Assembly: GCF_964355755.1 (NCBI RefSeq)
Contig: NC_092673.1
Span: 27,959,648 to 28,023,647, forward strand
Length of the DNA stretch: 64,000 bases
Origin: Antedon mediterranea
Lineage: Eukaryota > Animalia > Echinodermata
Reading direction: 5' to 3'
Position numbers and translations under genes: made by a program
Part shown: one piece after another, positions 27,280 to 38,796 of the stretch
Position numbering within the stretch: the stretch's first letter is position 1
Layout of the letters: each line of letters opens with the position of its first letter
The notes under the pieces: model-generated
The model's database searches: none
Seen by the model: the letters and a program-made list of their open reading frames with translations, nothing else
What the model was told of the DNA's origin: nothing

Positions 27280-27488
27280 CTTGGTTGTTCGGTGATCCAC
27301 ATATAACCACCCTCGATGGACTCGGATACACGTTTAATGGTAAAGGAGAGTTTCTTTGCGTCGATGTTGCCAATGGAATGTTCCAATTGCAATGCCGAAT
27401 GTCTGGTGTTATCTCAGACCCAACTACCAAAGCTACAATATTCAGTGCCTTTGTTGGTTCACACACTGGTGGAGAAAGTAACACCTTC
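27280..27488 (+). CDS. Exon 16: VWD start with GDPH
   Basis: WLFGDPHITTLDGLGYTFNGKGEF; phase 1-0. Confidence 0.92.
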
Positions 27489-27760
27489 GTAAGTAAAACC
27501 AACTTGTTTCTTATCATTTTCTGACTACATTTTAGAAGGCCTTTATGGTAATGTTAGAATCTTTGTTAACATAAATAATAAGTTTATAACATGATCATTT
27601 TAATATAGGAATTGTAATCATTAACTATTATAATTGTTTTTATGTTATTGTCTCCGCCTAATTTTATTGAATATAATTATGGATTTTAAATCCTCTTTAT
27701 TATATTAGTTACAAAGTATTTTGAAGAACATGGATCAATTTATATATGATTAATTTCAAG

Positions 27761-27848
27761 GTACAATTTACGCTGAATGCTAATGGAACAGACATTGAAT
27801 TGTTGGTGAATGGCACAATTCAACTTACAATTGATGATATTAGAGATG
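27761..27848 (+). CDS. Exon 17: VWD
   Basis: VQFTLNANGTDIELLVNG; phase 0-1 bridges exons 16 and 18. Confidence 0.78.
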
Positions 27849-27965
27849 GTAATTTTTATAAGTATTTTTAATTTGTTTTCATAAGAATTTTTAATTTTAA
27901 TTTGTTTTCATAAGTATTTTTAATTTGTTTTTATATGTATTTTTTGGAGTATTTTAAATTGTTTA

Positions 27966-28127
27966 CGCCAATAAGGTTGATGTTTATATGCCACAACTCT
28001 ACAGATCACACATAGACCGATGTAATGCGAATAATGTATTTTAATAACAGTCAATAACTCAATACAACAACATGGAAATCAAAGCAACAACGCACGAACA
28101 ACTCCAGCCCATGAGGGCGCACTGGCG
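27966..28127 (-). repeat. 3' LTR (162 bp)
   Basis: Preceded on the minus strand by a polypurine tract. Confidence 0.92.
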
Positions 28128-28133
28128 TGACTA

Positions 28134-28155
28134 CTTTTCTTTCTTCTTCTTTCTT
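28134..28155 (-). promoter_or_regulatory. Polypurine tract AAGAAAGAAGAAGAAAGAAAAG
   Basis: 6 nt upstream of the 3' LTR on the minus strand. Confidence 0.8.
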
Positions 28156-28312
28156 AATCAGTTTTAATCTAAAACAATATCCTTTAAAGCAATACATGAG
28201 AAAAGCAAAACATATGGTAACCGGCATCACAAAATCAAAGCAAAAAATAAAATCATGTTATTCAGAGTGAAACTTGTTAAAAAATAAAATAACGTGCAAG
28301 ATCGTAAAACCA

Positions 28313-29230
28313 CTAGTCCATAATAAATTCAGCAAATCGGTTTGGTAGGTGGTGAGAGCGTTGAGGTCTTGAACAAGACTGAGAAGTGGGTTCATCGCGA
28401 ATCTGGTTGTAGGGCGGATCATTATCATGAACATCTTCAAGGACGGTGTTTGTTGCACCGTCGACAAGCGGAGAAGATATCTCAACAGGAATGACAGGCT
28501 GAACTGGGGCAACCACGGTGGGTCCAAATGTATTATCCTCATTGTCCGATCCCTCACTCTGGTACTTTCGTGAGGTAAGTGTACTAGGAGCAAGTATAGA
28601 GCTAGGAACTTTAAAGCATTCGGATCGCTTAACACGGTACGATGTGTTTCGTAACTGGGTTCCACTGAACTTGCGAACGCAACACCATGTACCATCAACA
28701 GATACGACAAGGTATCTCTTACGTGCGTTAGACTTGTTAAGATCTGCATACAGGTATACGAGATCACCCACCTCCACAAGAGTTGCAGGAGCAAGTTCAC
28801 GAGTGGGAGCTTTTGAAATTCGACTGTATTTGTGATTAGAGGTGCGTAATGAGTGCTGTTCGCGGATAAGCTCGAGGTCAGAGAGTGGGATCTGTTCGTG
28901 GGAAAACCGGTCACGCTGGGTCCACATCTCACGAGCGGATAAACCACGGGTGCGTTCCTGCTTGAGTAATGAGTCATTAACAAGTGCTTGGAATCCGGGT
29001 GCCCCGTCGGCACGGATAATGGCGTGGGGACCATCAAGGGGACGGAGCTCAACGCACATTCGGATAAGAGCGTCACGAAGTGAGTTATGCTGTTCGTTGT
29101 CAAGAAAACAAGCGACTGTGAATGACGTTACCGCTTCTCTCACAATCAGAATGAATTGACGATTGCGCTTCATGACATCTGCAGCGAACGTAACACCCAC
29201 AGTTTCCGGTGGGTCGCCAGTAGATAGAGG
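28313..29230 (-). pseudogene. Integrase core and C-terminus, out of frame with Gag-Pol and internally deleted
   Basis: FAADV (first D), IRADGAPGF (second D), then jumps to RTRGLSAREMW; VGDLVYL C-terminal module. Confidence 0.8.
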
Positions 29231-32200
29231 CCTTAGGAATTCGGCGAAGGGTGGCGCATTGGTGGCAAGATGAGGTGGTGACTTCGATCGATTTATCCAT
29301 GTCGAGGGCATAAAAATATCGATGTGCCATTTGTTTGAGTTGGTGACAAGTCGGGTGGTCTAATCGGATGTGTAAGGCAGTAAGCAGGCCATGCAAAAAC
29401 GGGCGTGGAACAATAATTCTTTCTCGTGGAGGAGCAAGTGGCTCATGAACGAGAGACACGAGAAGGTTGTCTTTGCTAAGTGATGCGACAGCGAGGTAGC
29501 GTTTGACATCTCTCTTATCGGTAACCTTTTTAGAAGGACGCGTACCTTGGATTAAGTGGGCGTGTACCCTACGTAAATCAGGGCATTCAGATTGTAGTGA
29601 AAGCCATGCGGACCTACTTGTGAAGGGCAACTTGGATTGACCTGTGATGAAATCGTGTGAAGCGATTCTGAGTACAACTGATTCCTCAGAGCGCTGAACA
29701 AAGGAACATACCTGGCAATTGGCATCAATGCATTCAGGAGCATTGCGGCTTGCAAAGTCTGAGGGAACATTCGCGGAACCAGCTAGGTGTCGAACGGAAA
29801 CCTGGTATCGGCTAGCAGAGGACAGGAAAGTTGATACTCTGGGGCTCACGGAAAATTCACCCCGGCAAAGCTTTTCAAAAGCCTGCACGCACGGTTTACT
29901 GTCAGTTAAAACACAAGCTCGTTTAGTAGATTGAACAACATATGGACTAAAATGCTTAACTGCGACAGCGATTGCCAGGGCTTCGATCTCACACGGGAGC
30001 CACGTAAGCTGTCGAGCTCTAAGTTTGGCACTAAAGAATCCGGAGATCCGCAGACTATCGTCTCGTCTAATGTATAGTGTTGCCCCAATTCCGTGTCTTT
30101 TTACTGAACCATCAGTGACTATCCAAAGCTGGTCATCTGGATGGGGTAACGTGATTGTTTGGCTGGTTGTGAGCAACTTTTGAGCAGTCTGAAAATCTTC
30201 ACAAAGGGCATCACACCACGTGATTTTGTCTTGGGACTGTCGGCCAGCCACAGCATCGTCTAAAGGTGTGAGGATGGAAGCGCAGTTGGGGATAACCCGT
30301 GCGAGCACTTTATACGCCCCAATGAACGATCGGAGGCCCTTTACAGTCTTAGGGGGAGAACACGTAGCGAGCGTCGAAATACGATGTGGATTGGCTCTTA
30401 ACGTGCCAAGGGACCATGTCCACCCGAGTATAGTGGTAGTTTTTGGGCAGATAAATGTTTTACTTGCTGAGAGACTGAGGCCGCATCTATAAAGTTCGGA
30501 CAGCAGTCGGCGCCAGTTGCAAAGTAACTCATCTAGGGTGTCTCCTCCGCAGTAGAGATCGTCTGCAATCTTGGCAATGACGCCTTCAGAGAGAAGCTCT
30601 CCTAAGACGCGGCAGGTTAGTTCCTCCAGCGCTGTTTCAGATCCCGGCATTCCCATAGCAGACCTGGCGTATACACGGATTCCTCTGAAGGGCGTGGCCA
30701 CTCCGCAGTACTTCATCGATTCGCGTGAAAGCGGTATCTGATAAAATGCCTTAGTGAGGTCTGTAGAGATAATGTACTTCCACCTAGCGATATGACGAAG
30801 TACAGAGTTTACGTCGGGCATTAGTGAAGGCTGAGGTTTCGCGTATCGACCGACATCCGCAAAGGCGGTTGTTACAAGGCGGAATCCTCCGCTGTCTTTC
30901 TTTACTAAGAATGATGGGTTTAAATATTCTACTTGAATACCCGCATCTTCAGGTCGCAAAAAAACACCCATCTTCTCTAAGTCGTCGAACTTCTCTTGAA
31001 GCTCAACAAGTTTGTCTCGCGAATACTGTGGAAGTCTGCCTTTTCGCTGTGGTGGCTGTACAGGGCCCATATTAACGACGGCTTGGAAGGGACCGGCTGC
31101 GCCATTATAGCATTTGATATGCGGATCAAAAACAACATCGAACTCTTCGTTAAGAGATTTAAATCTTTGTCGGATTGTAGGGGGAATGATACGATCAGGG
31201 TCAAGGTGAATTTGCAATGAATGTAGTGTCGATTGTGTGGGGCGTGGTGATGAACTGGTTTTCACAGGAGGTTTACAAGTGTGGTCATTGGTATTACAAT
31301 CGTCCGGGACAAAGACGGGGCGTATCTGACAGAAGTGTTCGTTTCGTTTAAGAACCTGAGGAAATGATGTGTTATTTTCAATGCGAATTTTTCCGTCAAT
31401 GCTGTGAATAGTACCATACTCTGGCCAGGTAGGAGGTCGATGAGTATAGCTGCGAGGTTCAAGGGCGAGCTCATTATCATGAGTCGAAACACCTTCTGGG
31501 ATTTGTAACTCTATGAAGTCACCGGGCCACAGAGTAGTTAAGCTGCTAGGAGCGCGTAATACTTGAGCGCGACGAATGGCAGGGGTCTTAGTAGTGTCCT
31601 TAGAACCGTACGTATAAGAAGAAGTGTTCCCTATGACTACTTGACGTTTCGCTGGACGAATGGCGATGTCATTGTTTTCCATAAAGGGTGTGCCTGCCAG
31701 AATATCCACATCGAGTCGTTCGACTACGAGGCCGTCAAAGAGAAGTTCAATATGGTCGCGGGAAAATGTAATTGTTGTCTCGCCGACAACCTTTAATGGA
31801 GATGAGCCATCTGCTTGGTGGGCTGATTGAGATGATTCTCTAATTTCGGCCGATAGGGCTGTCGCTGCGGCAAGGGAGATCATATTGCCGGTGGCACCAC
31901 TGTCGATAGTAATACGTACCGTGTGGTGATTGTGGAAAATGTCGAGATAGGGCGACTGTCTGATCTGCACGCGTAGTGCAGCCTGTTCTGTCTGGTTATC
32001 TGCTAAACTGGCGTCATCGCTAACGTCAGTCTCCTCGATACCTTCAATGATTCCGATGACCTGTCTAGCCCTGACCATGTACTTCCGGTCCTGTTCAGGT
32101 AAGTGAATGCATCCACTGAGAAAGTGGGTGTCATGCTTTCGACCAGCCTGTTTGCAAAGAGGACAAGACTTTAGCTGTCGACGAATATGACTAGTAGTAT

Positions 32201-32984
32201 TACGAGACGTGCGAGAAGCGCGTTGATAGTTGACCGTGGGAGGTGTTGCGAAAGTACGCATTGCGCGTGTGTCTTCTGTAGCACGCAATTCATCGAGAAG
32301 GGAATCCATCGCTTGCGAAATTTCGGGCTTTATTGTCGCCAGGGTACGATCTCGCAGATCAGTTCCATATCGTTGCTTGACTAGACGCGGGAGGTCTTTA
32401 TGGATAAGGGATAACCAGGTTAACACAATAAAGTTCTCCACAGTAGGTGTCATTTCTTCATCCTCTGTGATCGCGACGCCGTGATGATTAATTCCGCCTC
32501 CAGTGCGTAGCAAATTATCGTCAGCAAATGCCAATAGTCGTTGATACAAATCTTCTGGACGTTCACCAGCCTCGAGGTGAATAGTGGCAAAGTCTAAGAA
32601 GTGACCTCCGGTCGTTTGGAAACCATAGTGAAGTCGGATGGCCTGCCAGATTTGCGAGATGGACGTGGAGCTTTTAACAATTGTGCTTCGAGAAATAATA
32701 GGACAGAAGTTTGCGATCTGGCCTAGCATGAGCTCGAGCATGTGTACCTTTTGCTGAGCAGTACGTCGACGTGCTCTAGGGACAGTGTCATCATCGTCCT
32801 CAAATAGGCGGAGTGGAGATGCTCTGGTTTTGGGGCCCCATTGTGTGCCTTCCATCAAGAATGGAGCAAAATTTTCATCCAACGAAAGTGTATAAATAAT
32901 GTTCTGCCGCCATGACTCAAATGAGTTTATTGTTTCAGTTTTGGTTAAGCTCCACTGTTTAGGAGCTCTGTTAACGTTCGCCAT
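29100..32984 (-). CDS. Gag-Pol polyprotein (Gag, Cys/His knuckle, aspartic protease, RT, RNase H, integrase zinc finger); frameshifts near 29225
   Basis: CPLC..H..C knuckle; IDSGA protease; [15 protein letters not shown] and IADD in RT; VTDGS, EIEALA and TDSK in RNase H; H..H..CHQC. Confidence 0.93.
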   Translation of the reverse strand: MANVNRAPKQWSLTKTETINSFESWRQNIIYTLSLDENFAPFLMEGTQWGPKTRASPLRLFEDDDDTVPRARRRTAQQKVHMLELMLGQIANFCPIISRSTIVKSSTSISQIWQAIRLHYGFQTTGGHFLDFATIHLEAGERPEDLYQRLLAFADDNLLRTGGGINHHGVAITEDEEMTPTVENFIVLTWLSLIHKDLPRLVKQRYGTDLRDRTLATIKPEISQAMDSLLDELRATEDTRAMRTFATPPTVNYQRASRTSRNTTSHIRRQLKSCPLCKQAGRKHDTHFLSGCIHLPEQDRKYMVRARQVIGIIEGIEETDVSDDASLADNQTEQAALRVQIRQSPYLDIFHNHHTVRITIDSGATGNMISLAAATALSAEIRESSQSAHQADGSSPLKVVGETTITFSRDHIELLFDGLVVERLDVDILAGTPFMENNDIAIRPAKRQVVIGNTSSYTYGSKDTTKTPAIRRAQVLRAPSSLTTLWPGDFIELQIPEGVSTHDNELALEPRSYTHRPPTWPEYGTIHSIDGKIRIENNTSFPQVLKRNEHFCQIRPVFVPDDCNTNDHTCKPPVKTSSSPRPTQSTLHSLQIHLDPDRIIPPTIRQRFKSLNEEFDVVFDPHIKCYNGAAGPFQAVVNMGPVQPPQRKGRLPQYSRDKLVELQEKFDDLEKMGVFLRPEDAGIQVEYLNPSFLVKKDSGGFRLVTTAFADVGRYAKPQPSLMPDVNSVLRHIARWKYIISTDLTKAFYQIPLSRESMKYCGVATPFRGIRVYARSAMGMPGSETALEELTCRVLGELLSEGVIAKIADDLYCGGDTLDELLCNWRRLLSELYRCGLSLSASKTFICPKTTTILGWTWSLGTLRANPHRISTLATCSPPKTVKGLRSFIGAYKVLARVIPNCASILTPLDDAVAGRQSQDKITWCDALCEDFQTAQKLLTTSQTITLPHPDDQLWIVTDGSVKRHGIGATLYIRRDDSLRISGFFSAKLRARQLTWLPCEIEALAIAVAVKHFSPYVVQSTKRACVLTDSKPCVQAFEKLCRGEFSVSPRVSTFLSSASRYQVSVRHLAGSANVPSDFASRNAPECIDANCQVCSFVQRSEESVVLRIASHDFITGQSKLPFTSRSAWLSLQSECPDLRRVHAHLIQGTRPSKKVTDKRDVKRYLAVASLSKDNLLVSLVHEPLAPPRERIIVPRPFLHGLLTALHIRLDHPTCHQLKQMAHRYFYALDMDKSIEVTTSSCHQCATLRRIPKASIYWRPTGNCGCYVRCRCHEAQSSIHSDCERSGNVIHSRLFS

Positions 32985-33128
32985 CCTACCAGCTATATGT
33001 GCTGGCTGGTCGTACGCCTCTCTGCGTTAGTGCGATCTCGTAGATAATGGTATGGATGGGCCTAGGCTAGGCCTAAGTTCAACAACTAATAACTCACTGG
33101 TTTTAAGCGGAAGGTCCGAATATCTTGG

Positions 33129-33138
33129 GCTGCCACCA
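33129..33138 (-). promoter_or_regulatory. Primer-binding site TGGTGGCAGC (probably tRNA-Leu)
   Basis: Abuts 5' LTR; complementary to the ...GCUGCCACCA 3' end of eukaryotic tRNA-Leu(AAG), recalled from the human sequence. Confidence 0.75.
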
Positions 33139-33300
33139 CGCCAATAAGGTTGATGTTTATATGCCACAACTCTACAGATCACACATAGACCGATGTAATG
33201 CGAATAATGTATTTTAATAACAGTCAATAACTCAATACAACAACATGGAAATCAAAGCAACAACGCACGAACAACTCCAGCCCATGAGGGCGCACTGGCG
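33139..33300 (-). repeat. 5' LTR (162 bp)
   Basis: Identical by eye to 27966-28127; termini CGCCA...TGGCG. Confidence 0.92.
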
Positions 33301-33523
33301 TTAGATATATCTTGGCAAGGATTACAATTTTCTTATATTGTTTAAAACATGATGATTAAAATGAATTATGTCTCTGTCTCTCTCCTGAAAACTCGCCTAT
33401 TTCAATAGTTGTTTTTTTTGCGCTGTGAGACTCCGGTAAAGAGAGCTTCATAAATGTTATTATTGATATTGTTATTATTATTATTATTTTTATTATTATT
33501 CTTATTATGTCTAATTTATTTAG

Positions 33524-33715
33524 GTTACACATCTTCAGAAGATCCAGGATTCTCTATTTCTTATAGTGAAGAGAAAGTAGGTTTGGTGGCTGTAAACCGT
33601 ACTTACGCTACATGGAGCACAGACTTATCTTTTGGAGTGGCAGTTAATCAACAGATGCTGGATATTGTATTTAATTTTGATGAAAAATACAGAACCCAAA
33701 CATCAGGATTGTTTG
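33524..33715 (+). CDS. Exon 18: VWD
   Basis: ...KYRTQTSGLFG; 192 nt. Confidence 0.87.
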
Positions 33716-33829
33716 GTAAGGAAAACAGTTTAAACTATTAATTTAAATAATTGTTTTATCTTATGTTGATATAAAGTTTGCTGTACACCACATATATATA
33801 GTTCTGAAAGGAACGATCGTCTTTAGGAA

Positions 33830-33990
33830 ACTGAGACTATAAGTGACCATAAACAAAATCTTATTGTAATTCTTTGGGAGTGGAGTTGTAATTTTGTCCT
33901 TAGAAAAAAATCCTGACATGTGACGGGACTTAAACCCAGGACCCTTGGAGTGGTAGCCAAGCATCATAACCACCAAGTCACAACTCCACT
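33830..33990 (-). mobile_element. tRNA-derived SINE (family B)
   Basis: A-box-like CTTGGTGGTTA, B-box-like GGTTTAAGTCCC; same body at 39230-39350 and ~40990-41065. Confidence 0.65.
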
Positions 33991-34127
33991 CCTATGAGTA
34001 TTAAGCGCCGACCAACGTTCATTCACATTCAGTATCAAGCAGTAAATACATTCACAAGGCTTCATTGTAAAACACATTACTTACAAATTTATAATATTGT
34101 ATGTGCACCACTTTTTTTAATTTTCAG

Positions 34128-34241
34128 GTGTTTGGAATGGTCTACTAAGTGATGAAGTCTGTACACGCTATGGCAACGATTGTCTTAATGCAACCAACAG
34201 AAATTTGACAGAGTCAGAGATATTTGATTACGCCATAACTT
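34128..34241 (+). CDS. Exon 19: VWD end
   Basis: GVWNG..SDE...ESEIFDYAIT(W); 114 nt. Confidence 0.85.
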
Positions 34242-34387
34242 GTAAGTTTACTGAACATTAATAATCTGTGATTCACAACAAAGTTTTTGTTGTCTTTCTT
34301 TTACTTTATATTGCCTGGATATAGTATACAAATATTAACTGTGCTGAGGGGCATGGTTCAAAATATAGCCATTAGTGATCTGGAGAC

Positions 34388-34816
34388 TAAAGGTAAAGGT
34401 ATTTATATTTGTCCTCAAGCTTAACTGGAAACTGAGGAAATTCGGATTAGGCCCTCTACGAACCCACGGCAGCCAGCAGTGCAGCGCCTACCAGATCAGC
34501 ACACCGGGAGACGATCCCCTACTCTTTTCGAATAGTGTACCAAGTTCTTTAACGTGCACTGTTAAGTACACGGGACCAACGGCTTTACATCCCATCCGAA
34601 GGATGAGGCAATGAGAGTAAAGCATCTTGCCTAAGGATGCAATTAGTATGGTACAGATAACCTCGAAACCATGCTTATCACATGCTAGTCCGATATTACC
34701 ATTACACCATCACTCTCCAGTATATACAGCACCCGTTGCGATTTCTAGACGGGCCCAACGTTGCTTAACTTCGGTGATCTGACGAGAACCGGTGTTTCAA
34801 CGCAGTATGGCGGTAT
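34388..34816 (-). mobile_element. Chimeric SINE: 5S rRNA fragment + tRNA-like head + Deu/Nin-type domain + (ACCTTT)n tail
   Basis: 5S-like 34746-34816; A box TGGTGTAATGG, B box GGTTTCGAGG; CCTTCGGATGGGATGTAAAGCCG..AAGAGTAGGG..CCCGGTGT. Confidence 0.7.
34746..34816 (-). pseudogene. 5S rRNA-derived fragment (~5' 70 nt)
   Basis: GCCATACTGCGTTGAAACACCGGTTCTCGTCAGATCACCGAAGTTAAGCAACGTTGGGCCCG. Confidence 0.85.
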
Positions 34817-34962
34817 ATAATACCGAGACGAAACCGACATTTATCTGTTTAACCTTTTTATTTAAAGTTAATGACTTTATAAATATTAAAAAGTTTAATG
34901 TTCATTTTTGTGTTGTCAATACATCATTAATTTAAAGTTAATAAATGTGAATTTTTTCCCAG

Positions 34963-35220
34963 GGAATATAACAGAAGACGAGTCCGCATTTGTTTATCCG
35001 GATGGACAAAGTTTTTCAGATTTCAACGATCCGGATTTTCAACCAGTGTTTTTAGATGTTTTACAATCTGACGCAGACCCCACCTTTCTGCAACAAGCAG
35101 AAGACACGTGTGAGGGCAATAAAGAATGTTTGTTTGATGCCTTAGCAACGAACAGTCTTGAAATTGGTATGAGCACTAGAAATACTGAAGAAACCAATCT
35201 ACAGGATCAAACCACATTAG
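34963..35220 (+). CDS. Exon 20: post-VWD Cys region
   Basis: DPDFQPVF...CEGNKECLFDALAT; 258 nt. Confidence 0.87.
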
Positions 35221-35630
35221 GTATATATATATATATTGTTTTGTTTTGGGTGACTTTTCGTTTTCAAAGTTTCAAACATTTAGAATATTTTACCATATAT
35301 ATAATATTTTTTTTTAAAGTTTGGAAAAAATGAATCCTAAACTTTGAAAATATAAGAATAATAAATAAGAATAAAGAAGAATTTATTTACTATATGTACT
35401 TTGTTACTATTATTTATGTGAAGTCATTTCTAAACTTGAATTTAAATGTTTATATCTTTACCGTTACATATAAATCCCAAGGCAAATTACTGAAAAAATG
35501 ACAATGCTGTGGGTATCAGTGGCGGGATGTCAAAGGAGATACAAAAAAAAAGTGAAAAGCTAAATCAAAACGATAAATAAAGCAAATAGATAAATCAAAA
35601 CGATAAAGTAAAACAGCCAAAAAAAAGTTG

Positions 35631-35668
35631 GCAGAGCTTTCGGGCAACACTAGCCCTTCATCAGTCTG
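35631..35668 (-). ncRNA. Minimal type-I hammerhead-like motif (stem I degenerate)
   Basis: CTGATGA-AGGGC(TAGTGTT)GCCC-GAAA-GC-TC. Confidence 0.5.
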
Positions 35669-35830
35669 TTACATATATATATAAACAAACTTACCTTATG
35701 TAATATTTAAATAGTCAAAATAATGTTGATTGATAAATATATTTTGTTTGATGATGATGATCATGAATAAAAGTGATATTGGTGCATATGTACAGTATAA
35801 TGATGATTATGTATGATTTTTTTTATTCAG

Positions 35831-36019
35831 AAAATATACCACCAGTATTAAATTCTGTCAACGACATGAGCAGTTATTCAGTTTTACAGAACAATTACCA
35901 GCTGTATGTATTATTAAACCGAACGGTGCGACTACAGGTTTCTGCAAGCGATGAAAATGATGATATTTTGACGTACTCAACACAAATGGAATACCCTGAA
36001 ATTCAGATTGATAACTCAA
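35831..36019 (+). CDS. Exon 21: cadherin/Ig-like domain, first part
   Basis: NIPP...VSASDENDDILTY; 189 nt. Confidence 0.82.
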
Positions 36020-36157
36020 GTAATATATATATATATATCTATCAATATTATACTTATATATACTTTTATATACTTATGCTTATATATACTTCTATCTATA
36101 ATATTAATATCATCAATAATTGTTAATTACTTATATATAGATAAAACAGTATACTTA

Positions 36158-36865
36158 ATCCAAAGCCAAATTATTGAAAAAAAATAACAATTCTGTGGGT
36201 ATCAGTGGCTGGATGTCAATGGAGATACAAAAAAAAATAAGCACTGAAAAAATGAAAATGCTGTGGGTATCAGTGGCTGGATCTCAATGGAGATACAAAA
36301 AAAAATAAGCACTGAAAAAATGACAATGCTGTGGGTATCAGTGGCTGGATCTCAATGGAGATACAAAATAAAATAAGTACTGACAAAAATGACAATGCTG
36401 TGGGTATCAGTGGCTGGATCTCAATGGAGATACAAAATAAAATAAGCACTGAAAAAATGACAATGCTGTGGGTATCAGTGGCTGGATCTCAATGGAGATA
36501 CAAAATAAAATAAGCACTGAACAAAATTACAATGCTGTGGGTATCGGTGGCTGGATATCAATGGAGATACAAAAAAAAATAAGCACTGAAAAAATGACAA
36601 TGCTGTGGGTATCAGTGGCTGGATCTCAATGGAGATACAAATAAAATAAGCACTGAAAAAATGACAATGCTGTGGGTATCAGTGGCTGGATCTCAATGGA
36701 GATACAAATAAAATAAGCACTGAAAAAATGACAATGCTGTGGGTATCAGTGCCTGGATCTCAATGGAGATACAAAATAAAATAAGAACTGAAAAAAATGA
36801 CGATGCTGTGGGTATCAGTGGCTGGATCTCAATGGAGATACAAATTAAAATAAGCACTGAAAAAA
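36158..36865 (+). repeat. ~68-bp tandem repeat, 10 units
   Basis: GACAATGCTGTGGGTATCAGTGGCTGGATCTCAATGGAGATACAAAATAAAATAAGCACTG; single unit at 35473-35575. Confidence 0.92.
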
Positions 36866-37405
36866 TATTTACTAAAATATTTATTAATATCATCAGTAAT
36901 TGTTAATTTTTTATGTACTAATATTTAGTACTCTGCTTTTATATCTAAAGCCCCTTTTACAGTATACTAGAATATTATTAGTGGAGGATCCAGGATTTTT
37001 AAATTGGTGGCCATTGCTTAAAACCTTGAGCTTAATATGATGGCTTTCTAACTTTTGAAATATAATAATTTACGAATTATTTACCTGACAAATTTTCAGA
37101 CAACAGGTTTTTGGAAATTTGTCTTTTATAACTGAAATATTTTTTTTTTTTTTGCGTAAGGCCACAATGGAAATAAGTTGACCATTGGTTACTTTTTTGT
37201 GCTACCCTAAATTCATTCCTGTATTGTTTTTTAATGTTATTTTGTTTTGAATTCGAATAAAATTGAAATGAAATAAGTGAATAACTTGATCAAAACTTCA
37301 AAATATCCTATTCATGTTTGATTTTATACATATTTAGTTGTTAATGTTTTGAGGGATCAACACTTTTTATTTAAATTTATAATCTATTTGTTGTTGTTTA
37401 ACCAG

Positions 37406-37587
37406 CTGGATTGTTTACCTGGACACCAACTACTGTTGATAATGTAAACATCACGATTGAAGTCAGTGATGGCGCACAAAGCGTTACCATCACAATGGAA
37501 GTGTACCTGTGTGGCTGCGTTAACGGCGGACAATGTGATTTTACCAATCTAGTCGAGGGATCCGATATCAATAATGACAAGTTTGCG
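37406..37587 (+). CDS. Exon 22: cadherin/Ig-like end plus EGF start
   Basis: GLFTWTP...VSDG...CGCVNGGQC; phase 1-0. Confidence 0.85.
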
Positions 37588-38256
37588 GTATGATATATTA
37601 TATTTTGGCATATTACAAAAGAACATTGATACACTTCTGTTCTATATATATTCAATAATCATTGTAATCTTTATTGTAACATTCGAAAAGTATAAAAATG
37701 TGATACATTTAATTAACTTTTTTAAGATCCAACTGAAGATTTTTCTTTGAAGATTTGACAGTCTCCTCTTTCCTTCAGTTTATGTACAGTGCATGGAGAG
37801 CCTGCATATAAAGATTATTATATTTTCATAACACGTCACCTAATTATATTCCTGTAATTTGATTAGTTAATTAATCACACTTTGAAAAGTTATTGTTTTT
37901 TAATATTATTGTATATATTTTTATGTTACTTATGTTAAGACGAAATGAAATGAATATCTCATTTTATGAAAGATTGAGTGCTCTATTTAACTCTGCTTCG
38001 CCTCGTTAAATATAATAATTTTTCAACTCATGAAATATTCTCACAATCCAACTTGTAAACATTCATTATTTGTAAATGTATACATCACTCTTCTACTGAT
38101 GAATTTGAGCTTCCAGTTATTTCATTATCATATTTATATATATATATGTTTTGTTTGCTTTTGTCTGTTTTGTTTTGGCGTCCCTGACACAAGAATTTGC
38201 TTTGTTGGTGACGCCACCATTTGGAAATAAATGTTAATTTTGATTGATTGATGCAG

Positions 38257-38437
38257 GTTGTGCAATGTATCTGTTCAGCTGCGTGGACAGGATTTGATTG
38301 TTCTATTGATTACGACGCATGTATGGATGAACCATGCCACCCTGGGGTCATTTGCCAGGACAACCTTGCTCCAGAAGTAAATGCAACATGTGCAGACTGC
38401 CCCAGCGGATTGCAGGGAGATGGCTTTAAGTGTTTCG
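38257..38437 (+). CDS. Exon 23: EGF-like
   Basis: CICSAAWTGFDC..DACMDEPCHPGVIC..CPSGLQGDGFKC. Confidence 0.88.
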
Positions 38438-38796
38438 GTATGTGTATATTTTTATATATAATATTTTAAAATATATATATATATATATTATTTTTTATAT
38501 AAAATTGAAATAATGAAATATAGTTCATGCTGTTTTAGAAACTAAATATGTACACTGTGTCATGAGGAGTACCTCCCTCTATATAGATATTTCACTTTGA
38601 CTACAAGATTTATCTCCCAATATTTTTACACTCAAATCAATCTTTATTTGTTCCATATATAAAAATGTGTACATGGAAAAATTGTTTTCCTCGACAGAAA
38701 TATGGTACATCAAACAAAAAATCATACATTTACATTTTTGTAAATTACTATTTACAAAAAAAGATTAATTAAAACATACATAAGGTACAATTGTTA

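Larger units (their letters stand above)
27966..33300 (-). mobile_element. Gypsy-like LTR retrotransposon, 5335 bp, antisense in intron 17
   Basis: Two 162-bp direct repeats, TTA TSD (27963-65 / 33301-03), PBS, PPT, gag-PR-RT-RH-IN order. Confidence 0.95.

Noticed and set aside
28258-29103. 281-aa ORF overlapping the integrase as an env-like or accessory gene
   Set aside because: Alternative frame of the integrase region with no signal peptide, clear TM segment or known motif; likewise the short + strand ORFs within the element.
29215-29240. Programmed ribosomal frameshift inside integrase
   Set aside because: No slippery heptamer seen and the position is atypical; a small deletion is simpler.
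34746-34816. Functional 5S rRNA gene
   Set aside because: Only ~70 of ~120 nt present, box C degraded, no T-run terminator.
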